The notes under the pieces are model-generated. The model saw nothing but the letters and a program-made list of their open reading frames with translations. It had not been told where the DNA came from and did not search any database. Shown here in pieces: positions 25,101-40,100 of a stretch of 64,000 bases of DNA. Within the stretch, counting starts at the first letter, position 1. Every line of letters begins with the position of its first letter. Source of the DNA: Eledone cirrhosa (lineage: Eukaryota); assembly GCA_964016885.1 (NCBI GenBank), contig OZ024759.1, forward strand, positions 2,418,001-2,482,000. The letters are read 5' to 3'. The position numbers were made by a program, and so were the translations under genes.

Positions 25101-28100
25101 GTTAAAGTTCTGTTTCACCCATGTTTCTCCCTCCTCATTAGTTGAGGTAACAAAGAGGTTAAAATTCTGTTTCACCCATGTTTATCCCTCCTTACTAGTT
25201 GAGGTAACAAAGAGGTTTAAGTTCTGTTTCACCCATGTTTCTTCCCCCTCACTAGTTGAGGTAACAAAGGGGTTAAAGTTATGTTTCACGCATGTTGCCC
25301 CTCCTAACTAGTTGAGGTAACAAAGAGGTTAAAGTTCTGTTTCACCCATGTATCTCCCCCCTCACTAGTTGAGGTAATAAAGGGGTTAAAGTTCTGTTTC
25401 ACCCATGTTCCCCCTCCTCACTAGTTGAGGTAACAAAGAGGTTAAAGTTCTGTTTCACACATGTTTCTCCCTCCTCACTAGTTGAGGTAACAAAGAGGTT
25501 AAAGTTCTGTTTCACCCATGTTTCTCCCTCCTCACTATTGAGGTAACAAAGAGGTTAGAGTTCTGTTTCACCCATGTTTCTCCCTCCTCAGTAGTTGAGG
25601 TAACAAAGAGGTTAAAGTTCTGTTTCCCACATGTTTCTACGTCCTCACTAGTTGAGGTAACAAAGAGGTTAAAGTTCTATTTCCCCCATGTTTCTACCTC
25701 CTCATAGTTGAGGTAACAAAGAGGTTAAAGTTCTGTTTCACCCATGTTTCTCCCTCCTCACTAGTTAAGTTAACAAAGAGGGTAAAGTTCTGTTTCACCC
25801 ATGTTTCTCCCTCCTCACTAGTTGAGGTAACAAAGAGGTTAAAGTTCTATTTCACCCATGTTTCTCCCTCATCACTAGTTGAGGTAACAAAGAGGTTAAG
25901 GTACTGTTTCACCCATGTTTCTCCCTCCTCACTATTTGAGGTAACAAAGACGTTAAAGTTCTGTTTCACCCATGTTTCTCCCTCCTCACTATTAGAGGTA
26001 ACAAAGAGGGTAAAGTTCTGTTTCACCCATGATTCTACTTCCTCACTAGTTGAGGTAACAAAGAGGTTAAAGTTCTATTTCACCCATGTTTCTCCCTCCC
26101 TCACTAGTTGAAGTAACAAAGAGGTTAAAGTTCTGTTTCACCCATGTTTCTCCCTCCTCACTAGTTGAAGTAACAAAGAGGTTAAAGTTCTGTTTCACCC
26201 ATGTATCTCCCCCCCTCACTAGTTGAGGTAACAAAGGGGTTAAAGTTCTGTTTCACCCATGTTTCTAAATCTCCTCACTAGTTGAGGTAACAAAGAGGTT
26301 AAATATCTGTTTCACCCATGTTTCTCCCTCCTCACTATTGAGGTAACAAAGAGGTTAGAGTTCTGTTTCATGCATGTTTCTCCCTCCTCAGTAGTTGAGG
26401 TAACAAAGAGGTTAAAGTTCTGTTTCCCCCATGTTTCTACCTCCTCACTAGTTGAGGTAACAAAGAGGTTAAAGTTCTGTTTCCCCCATGTTTCTAAATC
26501 TCCTCACTAGTTGAGGTAACAAAGAGGTTAAAGTTCTGTTTCACCCATGTTTCTAAATCTCCTCACTAGTTGAGGTAACAAAGAGGTTAAATATCTGTTT
26601 CACCCATGTTTCTCCCTCCTCACTATTGAGGTAACAAAGAGGTTAGAGTTCTGTTTCATGCATGTTTCTCCCTCCTCACTAGTTGAGGTAACAAAGAGGT
26701 TAAAGTTCTGTTTCCCCCATGTTTCTACCTCCTCACTAGTTGAGGTAACAAAGAGGTTAAAGTTCTGTTTCACCCATGTTTCTACCTCTTCACTATTTGA
26801 GGTAACAAAGAGGTTAAAGTTCTGTTTCCCCATGTTTCTACCTCCTCACTAGTTGAGGTAACAAAGAGGTTAAAGTTCTGTTTCCCCCATGTTTCTACCT
26901 CCTCATAGTTGAGGTAACAAAGAGGTTAAAGTTCTGTTGCACCCATGTTTCTACCTCCTCACTATTTGAGGTAACAAAGAGGTTAAAGTTCTGTTTCACC
27001 CATGTTTCTACCTCCTCAGTAGTTGAGGTAACAAAGAGGTTAGAGTTCTGTTTCACCCATTATTCTACCTCCTCACTATTTGAGGTAACAAAGAGGTTAA
27101 AGTTCTATTTCACCCATGTTTCTCCCGCCTCACTAGTTGAGGTAACAAAGACGTTAAAGTTCTGTTTCACCCATGTTTCTACCTCCTCACTAGTTGAGGT
27201 AACAAAGAGGTTAAAGTTCTGTTTCACCCATGTTTCTCCCTACTCAGTTGTTGATGTAACAAAGAGGTTAAAGTTCTGTTTGCCCCATGTTTCTACCTCC
27301 TCATAGTTGAGGTAACAAAGAGGTTAAAGTTCTGTTTCACCCATGTTTCTACCTCCTCACTTGTTGAGGTAAAAAAGAGGTTAAAGTTCTGTTTCACCCA
27401 TGTTTCTACCTCCTCACTATTTGAGGTAACAAAGAGGTTAAAGTTCTGTTTCACCCATGTTTCTACCTCCTCAGTAGTTGAGGTAACAAAGAGGTTAAAG
27501 TTCTGTTTCACCCATGTTTCTCCCTCCTCACTATTAGAGGTAACAAAGAGGTTAAAGTTCTGTTTCACCCATGTTTCTCCCTCCTCACTAGTTTAGGTAA
27601 CAAAGAGGTTAAAGTTCTGTTTCACCGATGTTTCTGCCTCCTCACTAGTTGAGATTACAAAGAGATTAAAGTTCTGTTTCACCCATGTTTCTCCCTCCTC
27701 ACTAGTTGATGTAACAAAGAGGTTAAAGTTCTGTTTCACCGATGTTTCTGCCTCCTCACTAGTTGAGATTACAAAGAGGTTAAAGTTCTCTTTCACCCAT
27801 TTTTCTCCCTCCTCACTAGTTGAGGTAACAAAGAGGTTAAAGTTCTGTTTCACCCATGTTTCTCCCTCCTCACTAGTTGAGGTAACAAAGATGTTAAAGT
27901 TCTGTTTCACCCATGTTTCTACCTCCTCACTAGTTGAGGTAACAAAGAGGTTAAAGTTCTGTTTCACCCATGTTTCTCCCTACTCAGTAGTTGAGGTAAC
28001 AAAGAGGTTAAAGTTCTGTTTCATCCATGTTTCTACCTCCTCACTAGTTGAGGTAACAAAGAGGTTAAAGTTCTGTTTCCGCCATGTTTCTCCCTCCTCA

Positions 28101-31100
28101 CTGTTGAGGTAACAAAGAGGTTAGTGTTCTGTTTCACCCATGTTTCTACCTCCTCACTATTTGAGGTAACAAAGAGGTTAAAGTTCTGTTTCACCCATGT
28201 TTCTCCCTCCTCACTAGTTGAGGTAACAAAGAGGTTAGAGTTCTGTTTCACCCATGTTTCTCCCTCCTCACTAGTTGAGGTAACAAAGAGGTTAATGTTC
28301 TGTTTCACCCATGTTTCTCCCTCCTCACTAGTTGAGGTAACAAAGAGGTTAAAGTTCTGTTTCACCCATGTTTCTACCTCCACACTATTTGAGGTAACAA
28401 AGAGGTTAAAGTTCTGTTTCCCCATGTTTCTACCTCCTCACTAGTTGAGGTAACAAAGAGGTTAAAGTTCTGTTTCCCCCATGTTTCTACCTCCTCATAG
28501 TTGAGGTAACAAAGAGGTTAAAGTTCTGTTTCACCCATTTTTCTACCTCCTCACTATTTGAGGTAACAAAGAGGTTAAAGTTCTGTTTCACCCATGTTTC
28601 TACCTCCTCAGTAGTTGAGGTAACAAAGAGGTTAGAGTTCTGTTTCACCCATTATTCTACCTCCTCACTATTTGAGGTAACAAAGAGGTTAAAGTTCTAT
28701 TTCACCCATGTTTCTCCCGCCTCACTAGTTGAGGTAACAAAGACGTTAAAGTTCTGTTTCACCCATGTTTCTCCCTCCTCACTATTTGAGGTAACAAAGA
28801 GGTTAAAGTTCTGTTTCACCCATGTTTCTCCCTCCTCACTAGTTGAGGTAACAAAGAGGTTAAAGTTCTGTTTCACCCATGTTTCTCCCTACTCAGTTGT
28901 TGATGTAACAAAGAGGTTAAAGTTCTGTTTCATCCATGTTTCTACCTCCTCACTAGTTGAGGTAACAAAGAGGTTAGTGTTCTGTTTCACCCATGTTTCT
29001 ACCTCCTCACTATTTGAGGTAACAAAGAGGTTAAAGTTCTGTTTCACCCATGTTTCTCCCTCCTCACTAGTTGAGGTAACAAAGAGGTTAAAGTTCTGTT
29101 TCACCCATGTTTCTCCCCACTCACTAGTTGAGGTAACAAAGGGGTTAAAGTTCTGTTTCACCCATGTTCCCCCTCCTCACTAGTTGAGGTAACAAAGAGG
29201 TTAAAGTTCTGTTTCACCCATGTTTCTCCCCCCTCACTAGTTGAGGTAACAAAGAGGTTAAAGTTCTGTTTCACCCATGTTTCTCCCTCCTCACTATTGA
29301 GGTAACAAAGAGGTTAGAGTTCTGTTTCACCCATGTTTCTCCCTCCTCAGTAGTTGAGGTAACAAAGAGGTTAAAGTTCTGTTTCCCCCATGTTTCTACG
29401 TCCTCACTAGTTGAGGTAACAAAGAGGTTAAAGTTCTGTTTCCCCCATGGTTCTACCTCCTCATAAATGAGGTAACAAAGAGGTTAAAGTTCTGTTTCAC
29501 CCATGTTTCTCCCTCCTCACTAGTTGAGGTAACAAAGAGGTTAAAGTTCTGTTTCACCCATGATCTCCCTCCTCACTATTTGAGGTAACAAAGAGGTTAA
29601 AGTTCTGTTTCACCCATGTTTCTCCCTCCTCACTATTAGAGGTAACAAAGAGGGTAAAGTTCTGTTTCACTCATGATTCTACCTCCTCACTAGTTGAGGT
29701 AACAAAGAGGTTAAAGTTCTATTTCACCCATGTTTCTCCCTCCTCACTAGTTGAGGTAACGAAGAGGTTAAAGTTCTGTTTCACCCATGTTTTTCCCTCC
29801 TCACTAGTTGAGGTAACAAAGAGGTTAAAGTTCTGTTTCACCCATGTTTCTCCCTCCTCATTAGTTGAGGTAACAAAGAGGTTAAAATTCTGTTTCACCC
29901 ATGTTTATCCCTCCTTACTAGTTGAGGTAACAAAGAGGTTTAAGTTCTGTTTCACCCATGTTTCTTCCCCCTCACTAGTTGAGGTAACAAAGGGGTTAAA
30001 GTTATGTTTCACGCATGTTGCCCCTCCTAACTAGTTGAGGTAACAAAGAGGTTAAAGTTCTGTTTCACCCATGTATCTCCCCCCTCACTAGTTGAGGTAA
30101 TAAAGGGGTTAAAGTTCTGTTTCACCCATGTTCCCCCTCCTCACTAGTTGAGGTAACAAAGAGGTTAAAGTTCTGTTTCACCCATGTTTCTCCCTCCTCA
30201 CTAGTTGAGGTAACAAAGAGGTTAAAGTTCTGTTTCACCCATGTTTCTCCCTCCTCACTATTGAGGTAACAAAGAGGTTAGAGTTCTGTTTCACCCATGT
30301 TTCTCCCTCCTTACTATTGAGGTAACAAAGAGGTTAAAGTTCTGTTTCACCCATGTTTCTCCCTCCTCACTATTGAGGTAACAAAGAGGTTAAAGTTCTG
30401 TTTCACCCATGTTTCTCCCTCCTCGCTAGTTGAGGTAACAAAGAGGTTAAAGTTCTGTTTCCCACATGTTTCTACGTCCTCACTAGTTGAGGTAACAAAG
30501 AGGTTAAAGTTCTATTTCCCCCATGTTTCTACCTCCTCATAGTTGAGGTAACAAAGAGGTTAAAGTTCTGTTTCACCCATGTTTCTCCCTCCTCACTAGT
30601 TAAGTTAACAAAGAGGGTAAAGTTCTGTTTCACCCATGTTTCTCCCTCCTCACTAGTTGAGGTAACAAAGAGGTTAAAGTTCTATTTCACCCATGTTTCT
30701 CCCTCATCACTAGTTGAGGTAACAAAGAGGTTAAGGTACTGTTTCACCCATGTTTCTCCCTCCTCACTATTTGAGGTAACAAAGACGTTAAAGTTCTGTT
30801 TCACCCATGTTTCTCCCTCCTCACTATTAGAGGTAACAAAGAGGGTAAAGTTCTGTTTCACCCATGATTCTACTTCCTCACTAGTTGAGGTAACAAAGAG
30901 GTTAAAGTTCTATTTCACCCATGTTTCTCCCTCCCTCACTAGTTGAAGTAACAAAGAGGTTAAAGTTCTGTTTCACCCATGTTTCTCCCTCCTCACTAGT
31001 TGAAGTAACAAAGAGGTTAAAGTTCTGTTTCACCCATGTATCTCCCCCCCTCACTAGTTGAGGTAACAAAGGGGTTAAAGTTCTGTTTCACCCATGTTTC

Positions 31101-34100
31101 TAAATCTCCTCACTAGTTGAGGTAACAAAGAGGTTAAATATCTGTTTCACCCATGTTTCTCCCTCCTCACTATTGAGGTAACAAAGAGGTTAGAGTTCTG
31201 TTTCATGCATGTTTCTCCCTCCTCAGTAGTTGAGGTAACAAAGAGGTTAAAGTTCTGTTTCCCCCATGTTTCTACCTCCTCACTAGTTGAGGTAACAAAG
31301 AGGTTAAAGTTCTGTTTCCCCCATGTTTCTAAATCTCCTCACTAGTTGAGGTAACAAAGAGGTTAAAGTTCTGTTTCACCCATGTTTCTAAATCTCCTCA
31401 CTAGTTGAGGTAACAAAGAGGTTAAATATCTGTTTCACCCATGTTTCTCCCTCCTCACTATTGAGGTAACAAAGAGGTTAGAGTTCTGTTTCATGCATGT
31501 TTCTCCCTCCTCACTAGTTGAGGTAACAAAGAGGTTAAAGTTCTGTTTCCCCCATGTTTCTACCTCCTCACTAGTTGAGGTAACAAAGAGGTTAAAGTTC
31601 TGTTTCACCCATGTTTCTACCTCTTCACTATTTGAGGTAACAAAGAGGTTAAAGTTCTGTTTCCCCATGTTTCTACCTCCTCACTAGTTGAGGTAACAAA
31701 GAGGTTAAAGTTCTGTTTCCCCCATGTTTCTACCTCCTCATAGTTGAGGTAACAAAGAGGTTAAAGTTCTGTTGCACCCATGTTTCTACCTCCTCACTAT
31801 TTGAGGTAACAAAGAGGTTAAAGTTCTGTTTCACCCATGTTTCTACCTCCTCAGTAGTTGAGGTAACAAAGAGGTTAGAGTTCTGTTTCACCCATTATTC
31901 TACCTCCTCACTATTTGAGGTAACAAAGAGGTTAAAGTTCTATTTCACCCATGTTTCTCCCGCCTCACTAGTTGAGGTAACAAAGACGTTAAAGTTCTGT
32001 TTCACCCATGTTTCTACCTCCTCACTAGTTGAGGTAACAAAGAGGTTAAAGTTCTGTTTCACCCATGTTTCTCCCTACTCAGTTGTTGATGTAACAAAGA
32101 GGTTAAAGTTCTGTTTCATCCATGTTTCTACCTCCTCACTAGTTGAGGTAACAAAGAGGTTAAAGTTCTGTTTCCGCCATGTTTTTCCCTCCTCACTAGT
32201 TGAGGTAACAAAGAGGTTAAAGTTCTGTTTCACCCATGTTTCTCCCTCCTCATTAGTTGAGGTAACAAAGAGGTTAAAATTCTGTTTCACCCATGTTTAT
32301 CCCTCCTTACTAGTTGAGGTAACAAAGAGGTTTAAGTTCTGTTTCACCCATGTTTCTTCCCCCTCACTAGTTGAGGTAACAAAGGGGTTAAAGTTATGTT
32401 TCACGCATGTTGCCCCTCCTCACTAGTTGAGGTAACAAAGAGGTTAAAGTTCTGTTTCACCCATGTTTCTCCCTCCTCACTATTGAGGTAACAAAGAGGT
32501 TAGAGTTCTGTTTCACCCATGTTTCTCCCTCCTCAGTAGTTGAGGTAACAAAGAGGTTAAAGTTCTGTTTCCCACATGTTTCTACGTCCTCACTAGTTGA
32601 GGTAACAAAGAGGTTAAAGTTCTATTTCCCCCATGTTTCTACCTCCTCATAGTTGAGGTAACAAAGAGGTTAAAGTTCTGTTTCACCCATGTTTCTCCCT
32701 CCTCACTAGTTAAGTTAACAAAGAGGGTAAAGTTCTGTTTCACCCATGTTTCTCCCTCCTCACTATTTGAGGTAACAAAGACGTTAAAGTTCTGTTTCAC
32801 CCATGTTTCTCCCTCCTCACTATTAGAGGTAACAAAGAGGGTAAAGTTCTGTTTCACCCATGATTCTACTTCCTCACTAGTTGAGGTAACAAAGAGGTTA
32901 AAGTTCTATTTCACCCATGTTTCTCCCTCCCTCACTAGTTGAAGTAACAAAGAGGTTAAAGTTCTGTTTCACCCATGTTTCTCCCTCCTCACTAGTTGAA
33001 GTAACAAAGAGGTTAAAGTTCTGTTTCACCCATGTATCTCCCCCCCTCACTAGTTGAGGTAACAAAGGGGTTAAAGTTCTGTTTCACCCATGTTTCTAAA
33101 TCTCCTCACTAGTTGAGTTAACAAAGAGGTTAAATATCTGTTTCACCCATGTTTCTCCCTCCTCACTATTGAGGTAACAAAGAGGTTAGAGTTCTGTTTC
33201 ATGCATGTTTCTCCCTCCTCAGTAGTTGAGGTAACAAAGAGGTTAAAGTTCTGTTTCCCCCATGTTTCTACCTCCTCACTAGTTGAGGTAACAAAGAGGT
33301 TAAAGTTCTGTTTCCCCCATGTTTCTAAATCTCCTCACTAGTTGAGGTAACAAAGAGGTTAAAGTTCTGTTTCACCCATGTTTCTAAATCTCCTCACTAG
33401 TTGAGGTAACAAAGAGGTTAAATATCTGTTTCACCCATGTTTCTCCCTCCTCACTATTGAGGTAACAAAGAGGTTAGAGTTCTGTTTCATGCATGTTTCT
33501 CCCTCCTCACTAGTTGAGGTAACAAAGAGGTTAAAGTTCTGTTTCCCCCATGTTTCTACCTCCTCACTAGTTGAGGTAACAAAGAGGTTAAAGTTCTGTT
33601 TCACCCATGTTTCTACCTCTTCACTATTTGAGGTAACAAAGAGGTTAAAGTTCTGTTTCCCCATGTTTCTACCTCCTCACTAGTTGAGGTAACAAAGAGG
33701 TTAAAGTTCTGTTTCCCCCATGTTTCTACCTCCTCATAGTTGAGGTAACAAAGAGGTTAAAGTTCTGTTTCACCCATGTTTCTACCTCCTCACTATTTGA
33801 GGTAACAAAGAGGTTAAAGTTCTGTTTCACCCATGTTTCTACCTCCTCAGTAGTTGAGGTAACAAAGAGGTTAGAGTTCTGTTTCACCCATTATTCTACC
33901 TCCTCACTATTTGAGGTAACAAAGAGGTTAAAGTTCTATTTCACCCATGTTTCTCCCGCCTCACTAGTTGAGGTAACAAAGACGTTAAAGTTCTGTTTCA
34001 CCCATGTTTCTACCTCCTCACTAGTTGAGGTAACAAAGAGGTTAAAGTTCTGTTTCACCCATGTTTCTCCCTACTCAGTTGTTGATGTAACAAAGAGGTT

Positions 34101-37100
34101 AAAGTTCTGTTTCATCCATGTTTCTACCTCCTCACTAGTTGAGGTAACAAAGAGGTTAAAGTTCTGTTTCCGCCATGTTTCTCCCTCCTCACTAGTTGAG
34201 GTAACAAAGAGGTTAGTGTTCTGTTTCACCCATGTTTCTACCTCCTCACTATTTGAGGTAACAAAGAGGTTAAAGTTCTGTTTCACCCATGTTTCTCCCT
34301 CCTCACTAGTTGAGGTAACAAAGAGGTTAAAGTTCTGTTTCACCCATGTTTCTCCCTCCTCACTAGTTGAGGTAACAAAGGGGTTAAAGTTCTGTTTCAC
34401 CCATGTTCCCCCTCCTCACTAGTTGAGGTAACAAAGAGGTTAAAGTTCTGTTTCACCCATGTTTCTCCCCCCTCACTAGTTGAGGTAACAAAGAGGTTAA
34501 AGTTCTGTTTCACCCATGTTTCTCCCTCCTCACTATTGAGGTAACAAAGAGGTTAAAGTTCTGTTTCACCCATGTTTCTCCCCCCTCACTAGTTGAGGTA
34601 ACAAAGAGGTGAAAGTTCTGTTTCACCCATGTTTCTCCCTCCTCACTATTGAGGTAACAAAGAGGTTAAAGTTCTGTTTCACCCATGTTTCTACCTCCTC
34701 ACTAGTTGAGGTAACAAAGAGGTTAAAGTTCTGTTTCACCCATGTTTCTACCTCCTCACTATTTGAGGTAACAAAGAGGTTAAAGTTCTGTTTCCCCATG
34801 TTTCTACCTCCTCACTAGTTGAGGTAACAAAGAGGTTAAAGTTCTGTTTCCCCCATGTTTCTACCTCCTCATAGTTGAGGTAACAAAGAGGTTAAAGTTC
34901 TGTTTCACCCATGTTTCTACCTCCTCACTAGTTGAGGTAACAAAGAGGTTAAAGTTCTGTTTCACACATGTTTCTCCCTCCTCACTAGTTGAGGTAACAA
35001 AGAGGTTAAAGTTCTGTTTCACCCATGTTTCTCCCTCCTCACTATTGAGGTAACAAAGAGGTTAGAGTTCTGTTTCACCCATGTTTCTCCCTCCTCAGTA
35101 GTTGAGGTAACAAAGAGGTTAAAGTTCTGTTTCCCACATGTTTCTACGTCCTCACTAGTTGAGGTAACAAAGAGGTTAAAGTTCTGTTTCCCCCATGTTT
35201 CTACCTCCTCATAGTTGAGGTAACAAAGAGGTTAAAGTTCTGTTTCACCCATGTTTCTCCCTCCTCACTAGTTAAGTTAACAAAGAGGGTAAAGTTCTGT
35301 TTCACCCATGTTTCTCCCTCCTCACTAGTTGAGGTAACAAAGAGGTTAAAGTTCTATTTCACCCATGTTTCTCCCTCATCACTAGTTGAGGTAACAAAGA
35401 GGTTAAAGTACTGTTTCACCCATGTTTCTCCCTCCTCACTATTTGAGGTAACAAAGACGTTAAAGTTCTGTTTCACCCATGTTTCTCCCTCCTCACTATT
35501 AGAGGTAACAAAGAGGGTAAAGTTCTGTTTCACCCATGATTCTACTTCCTCACTAGTTGAGGTAACAAAGAGGTTAAAGTTCTGTTTCACCCATGTTTCT
35601 CCCTCCTCACTAGTTGAGGTAACAAAGAGGTTAAAGTTCTGTTTCACCCATGTTTCTCCCCCCTCACTAGTTGAGGTAACAAAGGGGTTAAAGTTCTGTT
35701 TCACCCAGTTTCCCCCTCCTAACTAGTTGAGGTAACAAAGAGGTTAGAGTTCTGTTTCACCCATGTTTCTCGCCCCTCACTAGTTGAGGTAACAAAGAGG
35801 TTAAAGTTCTGTTTCACCCATGTTTCTAAATCTCCTCACTAGTTGAGGTAACAAAGAGGTTAAATATCTGTTTCATCCATGTTTCTCCCCCCCTAACTAG
35901 TTGAGGTAACAAAGAGGTTAGAGTTCTGTTTCATGCATGTTTCTCCCTCCTCAGTAGTTGAGGTAACAAAGAGGTTAAAGTTCTGTTTCCCCCATGTTTC
36001 TACCTCCTCACTAGTTGAGGTAACAAAGAGGTTAAAGTTCTGTTTCACCCATGTTTCTACCTCCTCACTAGTTGAGGTAACAAAGAGGTTAAAGTTCTGT
36101 TTCACCCATGTTTCTACCTCCTCACTATTTGAGGTAACAAAGAGGTTAAAGTTCTGTTTCCCCATGTTTCTACCTCCTCACTAGTTGAGGTAACAAAGAG
36201 GTTAAAGTTCTGTTTCCCCCATGTTTCTACCTCCTCATAGTTGAGGTAACAAAGAGGTTAAAGTTCTGTTTCACCCATGTTTCTACCTCCTCACTATTTG
36301 AGGTAACAAAGAGGTTAAAGTTCTGTTTCACCCATGTTTCTACCTCCTCAGTAGTTGAGGTAACAAAGAGGTTAGAGTTCTGTTTCACCCATTATTCTAC
36401 CTCCTCACTATTTGAGGTAACAAAGAGGTTAAAGTTCTATTTCACCCATGTTTCTCCCGCCTCACTAGTTGAGGTAACAAAGAGGTTAAAGTTCTGTTTC
36501 ACACATGTTTCTCCCTCCTCACTAGTTGAGGTAACAAAGAGGTTAAAGTTCTGTTTCATCCATGTTTCTCCCTCCTCACTATTGAGGTAACAAAGAGGTT
36601 AGAGTTCTGTTTCACCCATGTTTCTCCCTCCTCAGTAGTTGAGGTAACAAAGAGGTTAAAGTTCTCTTTCCCACATGTTTCTACGTCCTCACTAGTTGAG
36701 GTAACAAAGAGGTTAAAGTTCTGTTTCCCCCATGTTTCTACCTCCTCATACTCCTCATAGGTGAGGTAACAAAGAGGTTAAAGTTCTGTTTCACCCATGT
36801 TTCTCCCTCCTCACTAGTTAAGTTAACAAAGAGGGTAAAGTTCTGTTTCACCCATGTTTCTCCCTCCTCACTAGTTGAGGTAACAAAGAGGTTAAAGTTC
36901 TATTTCACCCATGTTTCTCCCTCATCACTAGTTGAGGTAACAAAGAGGTTAAGGTACTGTTTCACCCATGTTTCTCCCTCCTCACTATTTGAGGTAACAA
37001 AGACGTTAAAGTTCTGTTTCACCCATGTTTCTCCCTCCTCACTATTAGAGGTAACAAAGAGGGTAAAGTTCTGTTTCACCCATGATTCTACTTCCTCACT

Positions 37101-40100
37101 AGTTGAGGTAACAAAGAGGTTAAAGTTCTATTTCACCCATGTTTCTCCCTCCTCACTAGTTGAAGTAACAAAGAGGTTAAAGTTCTGTTTCACCCATGTT
37201 TCTCCCTCCTCACTAGTTGAGGAAACAAAGAGGTTAAAGTTCTGTTTCATCCATGTTTCTCCCCCCTAACTAGTTGAGGTAACAAAGAGGTTAGAGTTCT
37301 GTTTCACCCATGTTTCTCGCCCCTCACTAGTTGAGGTAACAAAGAGGTTAAAGTTCTGTTTCACCCATGTTTCTAAATCTCCTCACTAGTTGAGGTAACA
37401 AATAGGTTAAATATCTGTTTCACCCATGTTTCTCCCTCCTCACTAGTTGAGGTAACAAAGAGGTTAGAGTTCTGTTTCATGCATGTTTCTCCCTCCTCAG
37501 TAGTTGAGGTAACAAAGAGGTTAAAGTTCTGTTTCCCCCATGTTTCTACCTCCTCACTAGTTGAGGTAACAAAGAGGTTAAAGTTCTGTTTCACCCATGT
37601 TTCTACCTCCTCACTATTTGAGGTAACAAAGAGGTTAAAGTTCTGTTTCCCCATGTTTCTACCTCCTCACTAGTTGAGGTAACAAAGAGGTTAAAGTTCT
37701 GTTTCCCCCATGTTTCTACCTCCTCATAGTTGAGGTAACAAAGAGGTTAAAGTTCTGTTTCACCCATGTTTCTACCTCCTCACTATTTGAGGTAACAAAG
37801 AGGTTAAAGTTCTGTTTCACCCATGTTTCTACCTCCTCAGTAGTTGAGGTAACAAAGAGGTTAGAGTTCTGTTTTACCCATTATTCTACCTCCTCACTAT
37901 TTGAGGTAACAAAGAGGTTAAAGTTCTATTTCAGCCATGTTTCTCCCGCCTCACTAGTTGAGGTAACAAAGACGTTAAAGTTCTGTTTCACCCATGTTTC
38001 TCCCTACTCAGTTGTTGATGTAACAAAGAGGTTAAAGTTCTGTTTCCGCCATGTTTCTCCCTCCTCACTAGTTGAGGTAACAAAGAGGTTAGTGTTCTGT
38101 TTCACCCATGTTTCTACCTCCTCACTATTTGAGGTAACAAAGAGGTTAAAGTTCTGTTTCACCCATGTTTCTCCCTCCTCACTAGTTGAGGTAACAAAGA
38201 GGTTAAAGTTCTGTTTCACCCATGTTTCTCCCCCCTCACTAGTTGAGGTAACAAAGGGGTTAAAGTTCTGTTTCACCCATGTTCCCCCTCCTCACTAGTT
38301 GAGGTAACAAAGAGGTTAAAGTTCTGTTTCACCCATGTTTCTCCCCCCTCACTAGTTGAGGTAACAAAGAGGTTAAAGTTCTGTTTCACCCATGTTTCTC
38401 CCTCCTCACTATTGAGGTAACAAAGAGGTTAGAGTTCTGTGTCACCCATGTTTCTACCTCCTCAGTAGTTGAGGTAACAAAGAGGTTAAAGTTCTGTTTC
38501 CCCCATGTTTCTACGTCCTCACTAGTTGAGGTAACAAAGAGGTTAAAGTTCTGTTTCCCCCATGTTTCTACGTCCTCACTATTTGAGGTAACAAAGAGGT
38601 TAAAGTTCTGTTTCCCCCATGGTTCTACCTCCTCATAAATGAGGTAACAAAGAGGTTAAAGTTCTGTTTCACCCATGTTTCTCCCTCCTCACTAGTTGAG
38701 GTAACAAAGAGGTTAAAGTTCTGTTTCACCCATGATCTCCCTCCTCACTATTTGAGGTAACAAAGAGGTTAAAGTTCTGTTTCACCCATGTTTCTCCCTC
38801 CTCACTATTAGAGGTAACAAAGAGGGTAAAGTTCTGTTTCACTCATGATTCTACCTCCTCACTAGTTGAGGTAACAAAGAGGTTAAAGTTCTATTTCACC
38901 CATGTTTCTCCCTCCTCACTAGTTGAGGTAACGAAGAGGTTAAAGTTCTGTTTCACCCATGTTTTTCCCTCCTCACTAGTTGAGGTAACAAAGAGGTTAA
39001 AGTTCTGTTTCACCCATGTTTCTCCCTCCTCATTAGTTGAGGTAACAAAGAGGTTAAAATTCTGTTTCACCCATGTTTATCCCCCCTTACTAGTTGAGGT
39101 AACAAAGAGGTTTAAGTTCTGTTTCACCCATGTTTCTACCTCCTCACTATTTGAGGTAACAAAGAGGTTAAAGTACTGTTTCACCCATGTTTCTCCCTCC
39201 TTACTAGTTGAGGTAACAAAGAGGTTAAAGTACTGTTTCACCCATGTTTCTCCCTCCTTACTATTTGAGGTAACAAAGAGGTTAAAGTTCTGTTTCACAC
39301 ATGTTTCTCCCCCCTCAGTAGTTGAGGTAACAAAGCGGTTAAAGTTCTGTTTCACCCATGTTCCCCCTCCTCACTAGTTGAGGTAACAAAGAGGTTTAAG
39401 TTCTGTTTCACCCATGTTTCTCCCTCCTCACTATTGAGGTAACAAAGAGGTTAGAGTTCTGTTTCACGCATGTTTCTCCCTCCTCAGTAGTTGAGGTAAC
39501 AAAGAGGTTTAAGTTCTGTTTCACCCATGTTTCTACCTCCTCACTATTGAGGTAACAAAGAGGTTAGAGTTCTGTTTCACGCATGTTTCTCCCTCCTCAG
39601 TAGTTGAGGTAACAAAGAGGTTAAAGTTCTGTTTCACCCATGTTTCTCCCACCTCACTATTGAGGTAACAAAGAGGTTAGAGTTCTGTTTCACGCATGTT
39701 TCTCCCTCCTCAGTAGTTGAGGTAACAAAGAGGTTTAAGTTCTGTTTCACCCATGTTTCTACCTCCTCACTATTGAGGTAACAAAGAGGTTAGAGTTCTG
39801 TTTCACGCATGTTTCTCCCTCCTCAGTAGTTGAGGTAACAAAGAGGTTAAAGTTCTGTTTCACCCATGTTTCTCCCACCTCACTATTGAGGTAACAAAGA
39901 GGTTAGAGTTCTGTTTCACCCATGTTTCTCCCTCCTCACTATTGAGGTAACAAAGAGGTTTAAGTTCTGTTTCACCCATGTTTCTCCCTCCTCACTATTG
40001 AGGTAACAAAGAGGTTTAAGTTCTGTTTCACCCATGTTTCTCCCACCTCACTATTGAGGTAACAAAGAGGTTTAAGTTCTGTTTCACCCATGTTTCTCCC

